DNA of 64,000 bases, from contig OZ252098.1 of NCBI GenBank assembly GCA_965248355.1, forward strand, positions 907,099-971,098, read 5' to 3'. A program made the position numbers and the translations under genes. The notes under the pieces are model-generated. The model made no database searches. It was not told where the DNA came from and saw only the letters and a list, made by a program, of their open reading frames with translations. This DNA comes from Candidatus Latescibacterota bacterium. GTDB taxonomy: Bacteria; Latescibacterota; UBA2968; UBA8231. Shown here piece by piece: positions 29,474 to 38,185 of the stretch. Every line of letters starts with the position of its first letter. The first letter of the stretch is position 1.

Positions 29474-30940
29474 ATGGGATTGCGCACGGCGTCGGAGTAC
29501 ATGCAGGGGCTGAGGGACGGACGCACCGTGTATTTTCATGGAAGCTCCGTGCCCGACGTGACCCGGCACCCTCACCTCGGCATCGCCGCCAGACACGCGG
29601 CCCTCGACTTCGAGCTGGCCGAGGAGGCGCGATGCAGGGAGCTGTTCACCTGGACCGATGCTGGGGGGGATGTGCACAGCCGCTACTACAAGCGGCCGGA
29701 ATCCTCCCGGGACCTGTTGAATCGGCGCGAGATGATCGAGACCTCCACGCGCCGGGGCCGCAGCGTGGTGCTCCTGGTCAAGGAGATCGGCACCGACGCC
29801 CTGTTCGCTCTGGATCTGGTCACGCGGGTCGTCGACGAACGGGCCGGTACGGCCTACAACGACCGGGTCGCGGCCTTTCACCGCCACTGCCGCGATCTCG
29901 ACCTGACCCTGGCCGTGGCCCAGACGGACGTCAAGGGAGACCGGAGTCTGCTGCCGTCGCAGCAGGCGCATCCCGACTACTACGTGCGCATCGTGGAAGA
30001 GCGCAAGGACGGGATCGTCGTACGCGGCGCCAAGGCTCACACCACCGGAACCCCTGTCGTGGACGAGATCGTCGTGCTTCCCACGCGGGCCATCGGCGAG
30101 GAGGATGCTTCCTACGCCGTATCCTTCGCCGTGCCGGTCGATACCCCGGGAGTCAAGCTCCTGGCCAGCCCCTTTGGCGCCGCCGAGGAGGACAGCTCCT
30201 TCCACCACCCGGTCAGCTCCCGGCATCGACTGGTGGACACGCTGACCGTGTTCGACGACGTCTTCGTTCCTGCGGAGCGGGTGTTTCTTCAGGGGGAATG
30301 GCAGGCGGCCGGGTTCCTGGCCAACACGTTTGTCGAGTTTCACCGATTCACGGCGGTTTCCTACAAACCGCCGCTGTGTGACCTCTTCATCGGGGCGGCC
30401 GCCTTGCTCGCGGAATACAACGGCATCGAGAAGGCGAGCCACGTTCGCGAGAAGCTGATGCAGCTGATCGCCTGGACCGAGACGGTGCGCGGCCTGAGCC
30501 GGGCCGCCGCCCACGATTGCCGCATCACGGATTTCGGTCTTGCCGTCCCCGACGTGGTGCTCACCAATCTCGCCAAGTATCACTTCGCCGCTCGATACCA
30601 CGAGGCCGTCCGCTGGGTGCAGGACATCGCCGGAGGTCTGGTGGTGACAGGCCCCTCGGAGCAGGACATGGACAGCGCCGAGACCCGTCCGTACATCGAC
30701 AGGTTTCTCGGCGGCAGCGGCACCGATGCCTCGGACAGGCTGAAAGCCATGAACCTCGTCCGGGACCTGACGGCCTCGGACTTCGGCGGCTACAACCAGT
30801 TCCTCGCCATCCACGCCGAGGGATCTCTCGAAGCGCAGAAGATCACCATCTACCGCGACTACGACTTGGACCGCTGCAAGAGCCTGGCCGCCGAAGTGAT
30901 CGGTGTGGACAGGGATGAGCGCATGGAGGGAGGTTCCTGA
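29474..30940 (+). CDS. 4-hydroxybutyryl-CoA dehydratase / HpaB family flavoprotein (AbfD-like)
   Basis: ATG 29474 with GAAGGGAGAG upstream. RIVEERKDGIVVRGAKAHTTG, DASYAVSFAVP and IGAAALLAEYNGIEKASHVREKL track AbfD closely. Confidence 0.85.
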   Translation: MGLRTASEYMQGLRDGRTVYFHGSSVPDVTRHPHLGIAARHAALDFELAEEARCRELFTWTDAGGDVHSRYYKRPESSRDLLNRREMIETSTRRGRSVVLLVKEIGTDALFALDLVTRVVDERAGTAYNDRVAAFHRHCRDLDLTLAVAQTDVKGDRSLLPSQQAHPDYYVRIVEERKDGIVVRGAKAHTTGTPVVDEIVVLPTRAIGEEDASYAVSFAVPVDTPGVKLLASPFGAAEEDSSFHHPVSSRHRLVDTLTVFDDVFVPAERVFLQGEWQAAGFLANTFVEFHRFTAVSYKPPLCDLFIGAAALLAEYNGIEKASHVREKLMQLIAWTETVRGLSRAAAHDCRITDFGLAVPDVVLTNLAKYHFAARYHEAVRWVQDIAGGLVVTGPSEQDMDSAETRPYIDRFLGGSGTDASDRLKAMNLVRDLTASDFGGYNQFLAIHAEGSLEAQKITIYRDYDLDRCKSLAAEVIGVDRDERMEGGS

Positions 30941-30972
30941 GTCGACTCTGGCCGTTCCCGCGCGGGGACCGG

Positions 30973-31749
30973 TCAGCTGGCCGTCCAGCCCCCGTCCACG
31001 TACAGGGTCGTGCCGGTGATGTAGCTGGCCGCCTCCGAGGCCAGGAAGACCACGGCCCATGCCACCTCCTCGGGACGTCCGAAGCGGCCCAGGGGCGTAC
31101 GGTCCTCCACCCAGCCGCGAAGCCTTTCCCGCCGCTTGACCTCCGCTGTCATGTCCGTGTCGATGTACGCCGGCGCCACGGCGTTCACGCGCACGCCCCG
31201 GGGAGCCCACTCCACGGCCAGCGTCCGGGTCAGGGACGCCAGGGCTGCCTTCGAGGCCGAATAGGCCGCCAGCCTCGGGAGGGCCCGGTCGGCGCCGACG
31301 GACGTCACGTTGATGACCGAGCCAGCGCCGCGCTGGAGCATCCCCGGGCCGAGGCAACGGAGAACGCGGAAGGTCCCGTCGAGGTTGATCCGGAGGACCT
31401 CGCTCCACTCCTCGTCGCTCCACTCCTCTGCGGCTTTCACGTACGGGCTGACGGCGGCGTTGTTGATCAGCACGTCCACACCATCAGGCCACTTCGCCTC
31501 GATCCGTTCCGCCAGCCGGTGGACGCCGTCGGTGGTTCCCAGATCCGTGGGTACGGCGAGAGCCTGGCCCCCAACCGACTCCACCATGTCCACGGTGGTC
31601 CTCAACTGGGACTCCGTGCGGCTTGTGACCGCGATCTCGGCGCCGGCCCGGGCGAGGGCCAGGGCGCAGGCCTGGCCGATCCCCCGACCTCCACCGGTGA
31701 CGAGCGCCCGCCGGCCTTGCAGGCTGAAGGGCATGGAATGGTCAATCAT
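30973..31749 (-). CDS. SDR-family oxidoreductase (FabG-like)
   Basis: ALVTGGGRGIGQA, NNAA and YSASKAAL motifs. 258 aa. Confidence 0.92.
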   Translation of the reverse strand: MIDHSMPFSLQGRRALVTGGGRGIGQACALALARAGAEIAVTSRTESQLRTTVDMVESVGGQALAVPTDLGTTDGVHRLAERIEAKWPDGVDVLINNAAVSPYVKAAEEWSDEEWSEVLRINLDGTFRVLRCLGPGMLQRGAGSVINVTSVGADRALPRLAAYSASKAALASLTRTLAVEWAPRGVRVNAVAPAYIDTDMTAEVKRRERLRGWVEDRTPLGRFGRPEEVAWAVVFLASEAASYITGTTLYVDGGWTAS

Positions 31750-31884
31750 CCCGGTCCTTTCTCATGTTGACCGTGCCCAATATAGCTCAGGGAGTTCCAC
31801 CGTCGTTGCCACGGCCGGACCGCCAGCGATAACCGGGGAACCGGTGACGAGCTCGGCGCGTTCCCCCGTAGGGTGAGAAGGGGG

Positions 31885-31913
31885 TTGATATCCCTCATTC
31901 CTCAGGTTATACT
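31885..31913 (+). promoter_or_regulatory. sigma-70-type promoter upstream of the sigma-factor gene
   Basis: TTGATA (31885-90), 17-nt spacer, TATACT (31908-13), in an AT-enriched patch of a 420-nt intergenic region. It implies a leader of about 250 nt. Confidence 0.5.
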
Positions 31914-32169
31914 CTCAGCGATTCATGGGGCCCTGTTCATTCTCCGGGATCCCCTTCCCGGACGCCCCGCCATTCCCCGTCGAAGCGATCCCCGCAATCC
32001 CGGCGCCCGTCTCCCGCGGGTGTGGTTCCACATATCTCCTCCCCCAAGTTGCTCTCCCGGCGACAGGGGCCCGGTGTACCGTTCTTGTCGTCCGAGCCGC
32101 TGCCGTCCTCCCCCTCTCCAGGAACCTGCAAGAGGAGAGGGCACACCCGCCTGAATGGAGGGGTGTCGC

Positions 32170-33024
32170 ATGTCGTCATCAACGCTGCAGACCGATACCC
32201 TGGTCGATCGATACTTTCATGAGATAGAGAGTTCGGTCGGCCTCTCAGCTGCCGAGGAGATCGAAGTCGCCAAGCGGATCAAGGACGGCGACGAGGAAGC
32301 CCTGGGCGAGTTGGTCCAGGCCAACCTGCGCTTCGTCGTCAGCGTCGCCAAGCAGTACCAGAACCTCGGGCTCCCCTTGTCGGACCTGATCAACGAGGGC
32401 AACCTCGGGCTGATGGTCGCCGCCCGGCGCTTCGACGGGTCGAAGGGTTTCAAGTTCATCTCCTACGCGGTCTGGTGGATCCGTCAGTCCATCCTGCAGG
32501 CGTTGGCCGAGCAGTCCAGGATCGTGCGACTGCCTCTGAACCGGATCGGCGAGCTCACCAAGGTCAACAAGTGCATGACCCGCCTCGAACAGCGCCTGGG
32601 CCGCGCCCCCGAGGTGGAGGAAGTCGCCGCCGAGCTCAAGACAAACCCGGACGACATGGAGATGGTTCTTCGTTTGGCCCAGCGGCCCGTGTCCCTCGAG
32701 ACACCGTGCGACGAGCAGGAACCCGACCGCCGCTTGGGGGATTTGCTGCCCGACGACACCTTGAGGGCCTTCGATGAGGTCCTGTCGGAGGGGGACTTGC
32801 GGGAGGAGATCCAGTCGGCCATGGACGGCCTCACCCGGGGCGAGGCCCGCGTGTTGCGCATGTACTACGGGCTCGACGGCCAGGATCCGATGACGCTGGA
32901 GGAGATCGGCAGGTACGTGGGACGCACGCGCGAACGGGTACGCCAGATCAAGGAAAAGGCGCTGCAAAAGCTCAGGCACCCGAACCGCAGCGAGGTGCTC
33001 AAGGAGTACTACGGGGAGGACTGA
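32170..33024 (+). CDS. RpoD-family sigma-70 factor (short, no region 1.1)
   Basis: ATG 32170 within ORF 32155..33024. Region 2 (LVQANLRFVVSVAKQY, LINEGNLGLMVAARRFD, FISYAVWWIRQSI), region 3, and region 4.2 (TLEEIGRYVGRTRERVRQIKEKAL). Confidence 0.92.
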   Translation: MSSSTLQTDTLVDRYFHEIESSVGLSAAEEIEVAKRIKDGDEEALGELVQANLRFVVSVAKQYQNLGLPLSDLINEGNLGLMVAARRFDGSKGFKFISYAVWWIRQSILQALAEQSRIVRLPLNRIGELTKVNKCMTRLEQRLGRAPEVEEVAAELKTNPDDMEMVLRLAQRPVSLETPCDEQEPDRRLGDLLPDDTLRAFDEVLSEGDLREEIQSAMDGLTRGEARVLRMYYGLDGQDPMTLEEIGRYVGRTRERVRQIKEKALQKLRHPNRSEVLKEYYGED

Positions 33025-33046
33025 GTCTCCCGGGGGGCGTGCTTGG

Positions 33047-33074
33047 TTGACAGAGTCAGGCCCTCCGGTATTTT
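33047..33074 (+). promoter_or_regulatory. candidate promoter for tRNA-Asn
   Basis: TTGACA (33047-52), 16-nt spacer, TATTTT (33069-74), about 29 nt before the tRNA 5' end. Confidence 0.4.
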
Positions 33075-33102
33075 TATCGCACAGATGTCGACGCCATGCG
33101 GT

Positions 33103-33178
33103 TCCGGCGTAGCTCAGTTGGCAGAGCGGGTGGCTGTTAACCACTTAGTCGTAGGTTCGAGTCCTACCGCCGGAGCCA
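33103..33178 (+). tRNA. tRNA-Asn (anticodon GTT)
   Basis: Hand-folded cloverleaf: acceptor TCCGGCG/CGCCGGA, D arm GCTC-AGTTGGCA-GAGC, anticodon arm GGTGG-CTGTTAA-CCACT, T arm GTAGG-TTCGAGT-CCTAC, discriminator G, encoded CCA. 76 nt. Confidence 0.95.
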
Positions 33179-33278
33179 AAAAAACACCCGGCCGCTGAGG
33201 TTCGCGGCTTCCTTGCCGGTCGAGACCCCGAGGGGACCCTTCGGGGTCTTGCCGTATCTGGCATCGATTTCCCTCCAC

Positions 33279-34529
33279 ATGATCTGGCCCTGCAAAAGGC
33301 TCGACTTCACCTGGGCCGACTGGCTCTTCGCCTTCCGGAGATGCTTGTGGCCCCCCCGGCGGGAGAGCGTTGCAGCGCGGGTGGAGGATCTGTGGTCGGC
33401 GAAGGGCGATGCCATCGCATGCCTCACGGTGCGCTCGGCCTTCGACCTGTACCTGCGTGCGAAGCAGTGGAGAGCCGGCGACGAGATCATCTTCAGCGCC
33501 CTCACCGTGTCGGACATGCCGCGGATCGCCCGGCAACACGGCCTGCGCGTGGTGCCTCTCGACATCGACCCTCTGACCGCGCGGTGGGACGAGCGCGCCT
33601 TGGAGCGGCGCATCGGACCTCGCACGCGAGCCGTCGTGCTCACACACCTCTTCGGGGCCCGGCTCGACGTGGAGCCGGCCGCGGCCATCGCCCGGCGGCA
33701 CGGCGTCGCCGTGGTGGAGGACTGCGCGCAGGCTTACTCCGGACCGGACCAGACCGGCCATCCTCGGGCCGACCTGACGCTGTTCTCCTTCGGCCCCATG
33801 AAGATCGCCACCGCCCTTGGCGGAGGACTCGCCCGCGTCCCTCAGGCCGAGGTGCGGGCCTCGATGCGGGCGCTCCTGGAGCAGGACGCCTTGCACCCGA
33901 CGCGCGAGTTCGCCCGCCGGGTGTTGCTCTACGGCGTGCTGAAGGCGGCATCCAATCCCAGCGTCTACGGCGGGCTGGTGGCCTTGGCGGAGTCGTTGGG
34001 TCTCCACCGGGAACGGTGGATCCATGGGCTCACGCGCAACGTGCCCGGCGATGGCCTCATGAGTCATATCCGCCGCCGACCTTGCGCCTCCCTGCTGAGC
34101 CTCCTCGAGCGCAGGCTGCAGGAGGGGGATGCGCCCATCGCCCGCCGCGCGGCTCCGGGAGCCGCTCTCTTCCGTGCTCTGGGCCAGGAAGTACAGCTGC
34201 CCACGCGCGACGCGTACGCCCACGCGTACTGGATCGTGCCCGTTCTGGTCCGCAACCGCGAAGAGTTGAAGGACGGCCTTCGCCGCCACGGTTTCGATGC
34301 CATGTCCGAACGGCTGAGCGTCGTTTCCGAAGGCGGGACGGAGGCGCCCGGGGCCCGGCGCCTGTCGGAGGTCCTTTACCTGCCCTTCGATCCGGGGATG
34401 CCCGAAAGCGAGCTCGAGCGGCTGGGGGCCCTTGTGACACGCCTGGTCGCCCGGGAGCGGGAGGGAACCGCTCAGCAGTTGACGATGCCGGCTTCCATCA
34501 CCCGAGCTCTCCCAAACGAATCCCGTTAG
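33279..34529 (+). CDS. DegT/DnrJ/EryC1-like PLP-dependent aminotransferase (divergent)
   Basis: ORF 33213..34529 (TTG) with ATG at 33279. Motifs: DEIIFSALTV, VVEDCAQAY, FSFGPMKIATALGGG (PLP lysine context). Confidence 0.72.
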   Translation: MIWPCKRLDFTWADWLFAFRRCLWPPRRESVAARVEDLWSAKGDAIACLTVRSAFDLYLRAKQWRAGDEIIFSALTVSDMPRIARQHGLRVVPLDIDPLTARWDERALERRIGPRTRAVVLTHLFGARLDVEPAAAIARRHGVAVVEDCAQAYSGPDQTGHPRADLTLFSFGPMKIATALGGGLARVPQAEVRASMRALLEQDALHPTREFARRVLLYGVLKAASNPSVYGGLVALAESLGLHRERWIHGLTRNVPGDGLMSHIRRRPCASLLSLLERRLQEGDAPIARRAAPGAALFRALGQEVQLPTRDAYAHAYWIVPVLVRNREELKDGLRRHGFDAMSERLSVVSEGGTEAPGARRLSEVLYLPFDPGMPESELERLGALVTRLVAREREGTAQQLTMPASITRALPNESR

Positions 34530-34570
34530 CCCGTTGATTCTCGCCCTTCTCTCCGTACTCACGGGCATCG

Positions 34571-36100
34571 ATGGCCCTGAACCCGGATCGCGCACTCACG
34601 GCTGATCCGAGCCCTTCGATCGGCATACGGGCGTGGTGGCTGACGCTGGGCCGCCTGGCCCACGTCGCCTCCCTTCTGCTGGTGTGGGCGATCCTGTCCC
34701 GTACCCTGTCCCACGTGGAATACGGTCAGTACCAACTGGTCTGGTTGTACCTGAATATCGTGATACCCGTTTTCCTGTTCGGAATGCCCGTGAGCATCAG
34801 CTACTTCCTGGCTCCATCGGAAGGCCTCCACCGCCACCGGCAGGCCGCCCAGCACGTCGTCCTGATCGTCCTGCTCGCCGCCCTGTTCGCGCTCTGCGCT
34901 GGAGGCCTCTGGATAGTGGGGGGCGTCGGTCCTCTCGCCATTCCGGCCGAGGTGGAGCCTCTCATGCCGCTCCCGGTGTTCATCGGTTTCGGAATGATCG
35001 CCTGCGGATTCCTCGAGCCCGTTCTCATCGTCTACGGAAGACTCAGGGTCCTGGCCGGGTCGCTCTTCCTGTTCTCGAGCCTGCACCTCGCAGCGGTGCT
35101 GGCGGGTTGGTTCCTCGGGGGATCGCTGGGGTGGGTCTTCGCGTGTCTGAGCGGTGCCGTGGGACTGAGGGTTGTCTGGAGCTATGTCCTCTTGTTCAAG
35201 CTGTTGCGGCCCCTGCCCCGCGACTTTCACCGGCGTCCTTTCACGGAGCCATTGACGTACGTATGGCGCATAGGCCTTCGCGACGCCATCGAGGTGCTGT
35301 CCAGGTACTCCGACAAGCTGATCTTCGCCTCCTTCTTTACCACCGCCCAGCTGGCAGTCTACTTCAACGGTGCCTGGGAACTCCCTCTGGTGGCCATCGT
35401 CGTCCATTCTCTGCTGGCCGTTCTGCTGCCCGAGTTGCGAGTGGTCTACCGCCGTGGAGAGATGGACAGGGTCCTGGCCCTTGTGCATCTGGCCGCCAGG
35501 AGGGTGGCCTTGCTGCTGTTCCCGGTGGCGGCCTTCTCCTTCGCGGTGGCCCCTGAGCTGACGAGCCTCCTCTTCAGCGAAGACTATCGCGCCAGCGGTA
35601 CCGTCTTCCGCGTCTTCCTTTTCCTGCTTCCCTTGCGGGTCTCGACGGCCGGGCCGGTGCTGCTGGCCGCGAACCGGACCCGGGCGGTCCTCCTGGGCAC
35701 CGTGATGGACCTGGTGCTGGCCGTCGTGCTGGGACTGGCTTTGATACCCTGGCTGGGGACGCTGGGGCCGGCGGTGGCGCTCATCGTGAGCACGTCCTGC
35801 CAGGTCGGCCTCTACAACTGGCGGGCGGCGGCAGCCATCGACCGGCGCTTGCTCGACATGCTGCCGTGGCGGGCTCTCGGCCGGCTGGCCTTGCCGAGCC
35901 TGACCGCGGCCCTGGGGGCTTCCTTCTGCGTGCGCTTCGAGTCGGCTGGCTTGAACCTGGCCGCAGCCGGCGGCGCCTTCGTCCTGTTCCTTGCCGGGCT
36001 GGGTCTCGGCCTGCGCTTGTTCGAGGCCGAAGAGCGGGGCGTGGTGATCGGGTCCTGCCGTATGGCGGCGGCGAGGTGCCGATCCATCCTGGGTTCGTAG
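34571..36100 (+). CDS. polysaccharide flippase (MOP superfamily, Wzx-like)
   Basis: 509 aa with about 12-14 TM helices and the typical N-terminal Wzx arrangement. It lies next to the sugar aminotransferase-like gene. Confidence 0.8.
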   Translation: MALNPDRALTADPSPSIGIRAWWLTLGRLAHVASLLLVWAILSRTLSHVEYGQYQLVWLYLNIVIPVFLFGMPVSISYFLAPSEGLHRHRQAAQHVVLIVLLAALFALCAGGLWIVGGVGPLAIPAEVEPLMPLPVFIGFGMIACGFLEPVLIVYGRLRVLAGSLFLFSSLHLAAVLAGWFLGGSLGWVFACLSGAVGLRVVWSYVLLFKLLRPLPRDFHRRPFTEPLTYVWRIGLRDAIEVLSRYSDKLIFASFFTTAQLAVYFNGAWELPLVAIVVHSLLAVLLPELRVVYRRGEMDRVLALVHLAARRVALLLFPVAAFSFAVAPELTSLLFSEDYRASGTVFRVFLFLLPLRVSTAGPVLLAANRTRAVLLGTVMDLVLAVVLGLALIPWLGTLGPAVALIVSTSCQVGLYNWRAAAAIDRRLLDMLPWRALGRLALPSLTAALGASFCVRFESAGLNLAAAGGAFVLFLAGLGLGLRLFEAEERGVVIGSCRMAAARCRSILGS

Positions 36101-36139
36101 ATTGAGCGGCGTCGCCCTTGCTGTCCCGGTGGCTGCGAT

Positions 36140-38131
36140 TCAGGCTGGGGGGGCGATCGCGCGGATCGCTTCGACCGCCTCGGGATTGACCAGGCTCGAG
36201 GTGTCCCCGGGGTCTTCCCCGAGGTAGGCGGCCCTCAGCACGCGGCGCATCAGCTTGGCGTTGCGCGTCTTGGGAAGATCCGGCACGAACAGGATGCGAG
36301 CCGGACGCAGGGGCTTGCCCATCTCCTCGACGATGCGCTCGCTGAGAGCGGCCTCCAGCTCGCCGCCGGCGGAGCACCCTTTCTCGAGCACGCAGAAACA
36401 GACGATTCTCTCGCCCTTCAACTCGTCCGGCGCGCCCACGGCACCGGCCTCGACCACGGCCGGATGGGCCACCAGGACCGACTCGAACTCGGAGGGGCCT
36501 GCGCGCTTCCCGCCGACGTTGATGGTGTCGTCGGAGCGTCCCAGGATCCACCAGTGTCCGTCGTCGTCGACCAGGGCCCAGTCCCCGTGGACCCATACAT
36601 CGGGGAACCGCGACCAGTAGGTCTCCAGGTAGCGCCGATCGCCCTCGTCCCGCCAGAAGCCGCGAGTCATGCCGATCCAGGGCGTGCGTACGGCGAGCTC
36701 GCCCACCTCGTTGCGCACGGGGCGGCCCTCCTCGTCGAGGACGACGACGTCCATCCCGGGACAGGGCGCCGAGAACGCGGCCGGCTTGGCCGGTCTCAGG
36801 GGATTGTCCATGAGGATGCCGCCGCTCACCTCGGTGCCGCCGGAGTAGTTGACGATGGGGATGCGCCCGCCGCCCACCTCCTGGAGCAGCCAGCGCCAGG
36901 GCTCGGGGTTCCAGGGCTCGCCGGTGGAGCCGAAGGAGCGGAGCCGGGAGAGGTCGCGGTGGCGGTGGTGCTCCGCTCCGCTGGACTTGAGAGCGCGCAC
37001 CAGGGTGGGGGACAGCCCGAGCTGGGTCAGACCGTGGCCTTCGGCCATGGACCAGATGCGTCCGGGGTCCGGGTAGTCGGGGGCCCCCTCGTACAGGAAA
37101 CAGGCGGCGCCGAGAAGGCTGGCCCCGAAGACCAGCCAGGGGCCCATCATCCAGCCCATGTCCGTGATCCAGTAGACGAGGTCTCCCGGGTGGACATCGA
37201 GTCCGAAGGACATGTCCTGGGCCGCCTTCACGGGAAAGCCGCAATGGGTGTGCACCGCTCCCTTGGGGCGGCCCGTGGTGCCGGAGGTGTAGAGGATCAT
37301 CACGGTCTCCTCGGCCTCCGTGTCCCGGGGGGGGCAGCCCGGATCCTGATCGGACACCAGGCGGTGCCACCAGTGGTCCCGTCCCCCGCGCATGTCCACC
37401 GTGATTCCGGCGTGCCGCAAGACGAGGACCGACCGCACACCGGGCACCTGGGCCAGGGCGGCGTCGGCGACGCTCTTCAGAGGGACCTTCCCGCCCCGGC
37501 GGGAGAAGCCGTCGGCGGTGATCAGAGCCGTGGCGCCGGCGTCGGAGAGGCGGGAGGCGATGGCTCCAGCCCCATAGCCGGTGAACAGGGGAAGGACCAC
37601 GCCGCCGATGCGCGCCACGGCGAGCAGGGCCACGACGATCTCCGCCGTCATGGGCAGCAGGAGACCGACACGGTCGCCGGGGGCGATGCCCAGTTCCCGC
37701 AGGGCGTTGGCGCATCGACCGACGGAGGCCGCCAGCTCGGCGTAGGTGAGCGTCGTGACCTCCCCCGCCTCGGACTCGGCGACCACGGCCCTGCGGCTCG
37801 CGGTCTCGGGGGATTCGAGCCAGCGGTCGAGGCAACTGACGGTGATGTTCATGCGGCCCCCGGGGCACCAGCGGGGCAGGGCGGGACCCCGGCTCAGGTC
37901 GACGACGCGGTCGTACGGAGTCGAGAACCGGATCCCCAGGAACTGCAGGACCGCCTCGGTGAACCCGGCCACGTCCCGGGTCGACCGGGTCATGAGCTCG
38001 TCGAAGTCGGCCGCTCCATAGAGGCTCATGAAGGCCCTGAGATTGGCGCGGGCCCGACGGGACGGTTCCGGGTACCAGGCGATCGAGTCGGCGTCCGGAA
38101 GGGGGTGCCTGTCCGGCGAGGATTCCGTCAT
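36140..38131 (-). CDS. AMP-forming acyl-CoA synthetase (acetate/acetoacetate-CoA ligase family)
   Basis: 663 aa with ILYTSGTTGRPKG, WITDMGWMMGP, YSGGTE and DDTINVGGKR motifs. Confidence 0.9.
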   Translation of the reverse strand: MTESSPDRHPLPDADSIAWYPEPSRRARANLRAFMSLYGAADFDELMTRSTRDVAGFTEAVLQFLGIRFSTPYDRVVDLSRGPALPRWCPGGRMNITVSCLDRWLESPETASRRAVVAESEAGEVTTLTYAELAASVGRCANALRELGIAPGDRVGLLLPMTAEIVVALLAVARIGGVVLPLFTGYGAGAIASRLSDAGATALITADGFSRRGGKVPLKSVADAALAQVPGVRSVLVLRHAGITVDMRGGRDHWWHRLVSDQDPGCPPRDTEAEETVMILYTSGTTGRPKGAVHTHCGFPVKAAQDMSFGLDVHPGDLVYWITDMGWMMGPWLVFGASLLGAACFLYEGAPDYPDPGRIWSMAEGHGLTQLGLSPTLVRALKSSGAEHHRHRDLSRLRSFGSTGEPWNPEPWRWLLQEVGGGRIPIVNYSGGTEVSGGILMDNPLRPAKPAAFSAPCPGMDVVVLDEEGRPVRNEVGELAVRTPWIGMTRGFWRDEGDRRYLETYWSRFPDVWVHGDWALVDDDGHWWILGRSDDTINVGGKRAGPSEFESVLVAHPAVVEAGAVGAPDELKGERIVCFCVLEKGCSAGGELEAALSERIVEEMGKPLRPARILFVPDLPKTRNAKLMRRVLRAAYLGEDPGDTSSLVNPEAVEAIRAIAPPA

Positions 38132-38185
38132 CGCTGCTCATTCCGACCTGCGTTGCGGGGGAGGGCGCCGGATGGCGCCCCGGCA

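Noticed and set aside
27018-29513. 831-aa alternative-frame ORF over the fadN-like gene
   Set aside because: It is an Arg/Gly/Pro-rich junk frame. The 27127..29460 frame carries the NAD-binding and crotonase motifs.
26873-33178. Possible integrated mobile element, suggested by an excisionase-family HTH gene and a tRNA-Asn gene
   Set aside because: I could find no integrase, transposase, phage genes or direct repeat of the tRNA 3' end. The HTH gene overlaps a metabolic gene and is more likely a small regulator.
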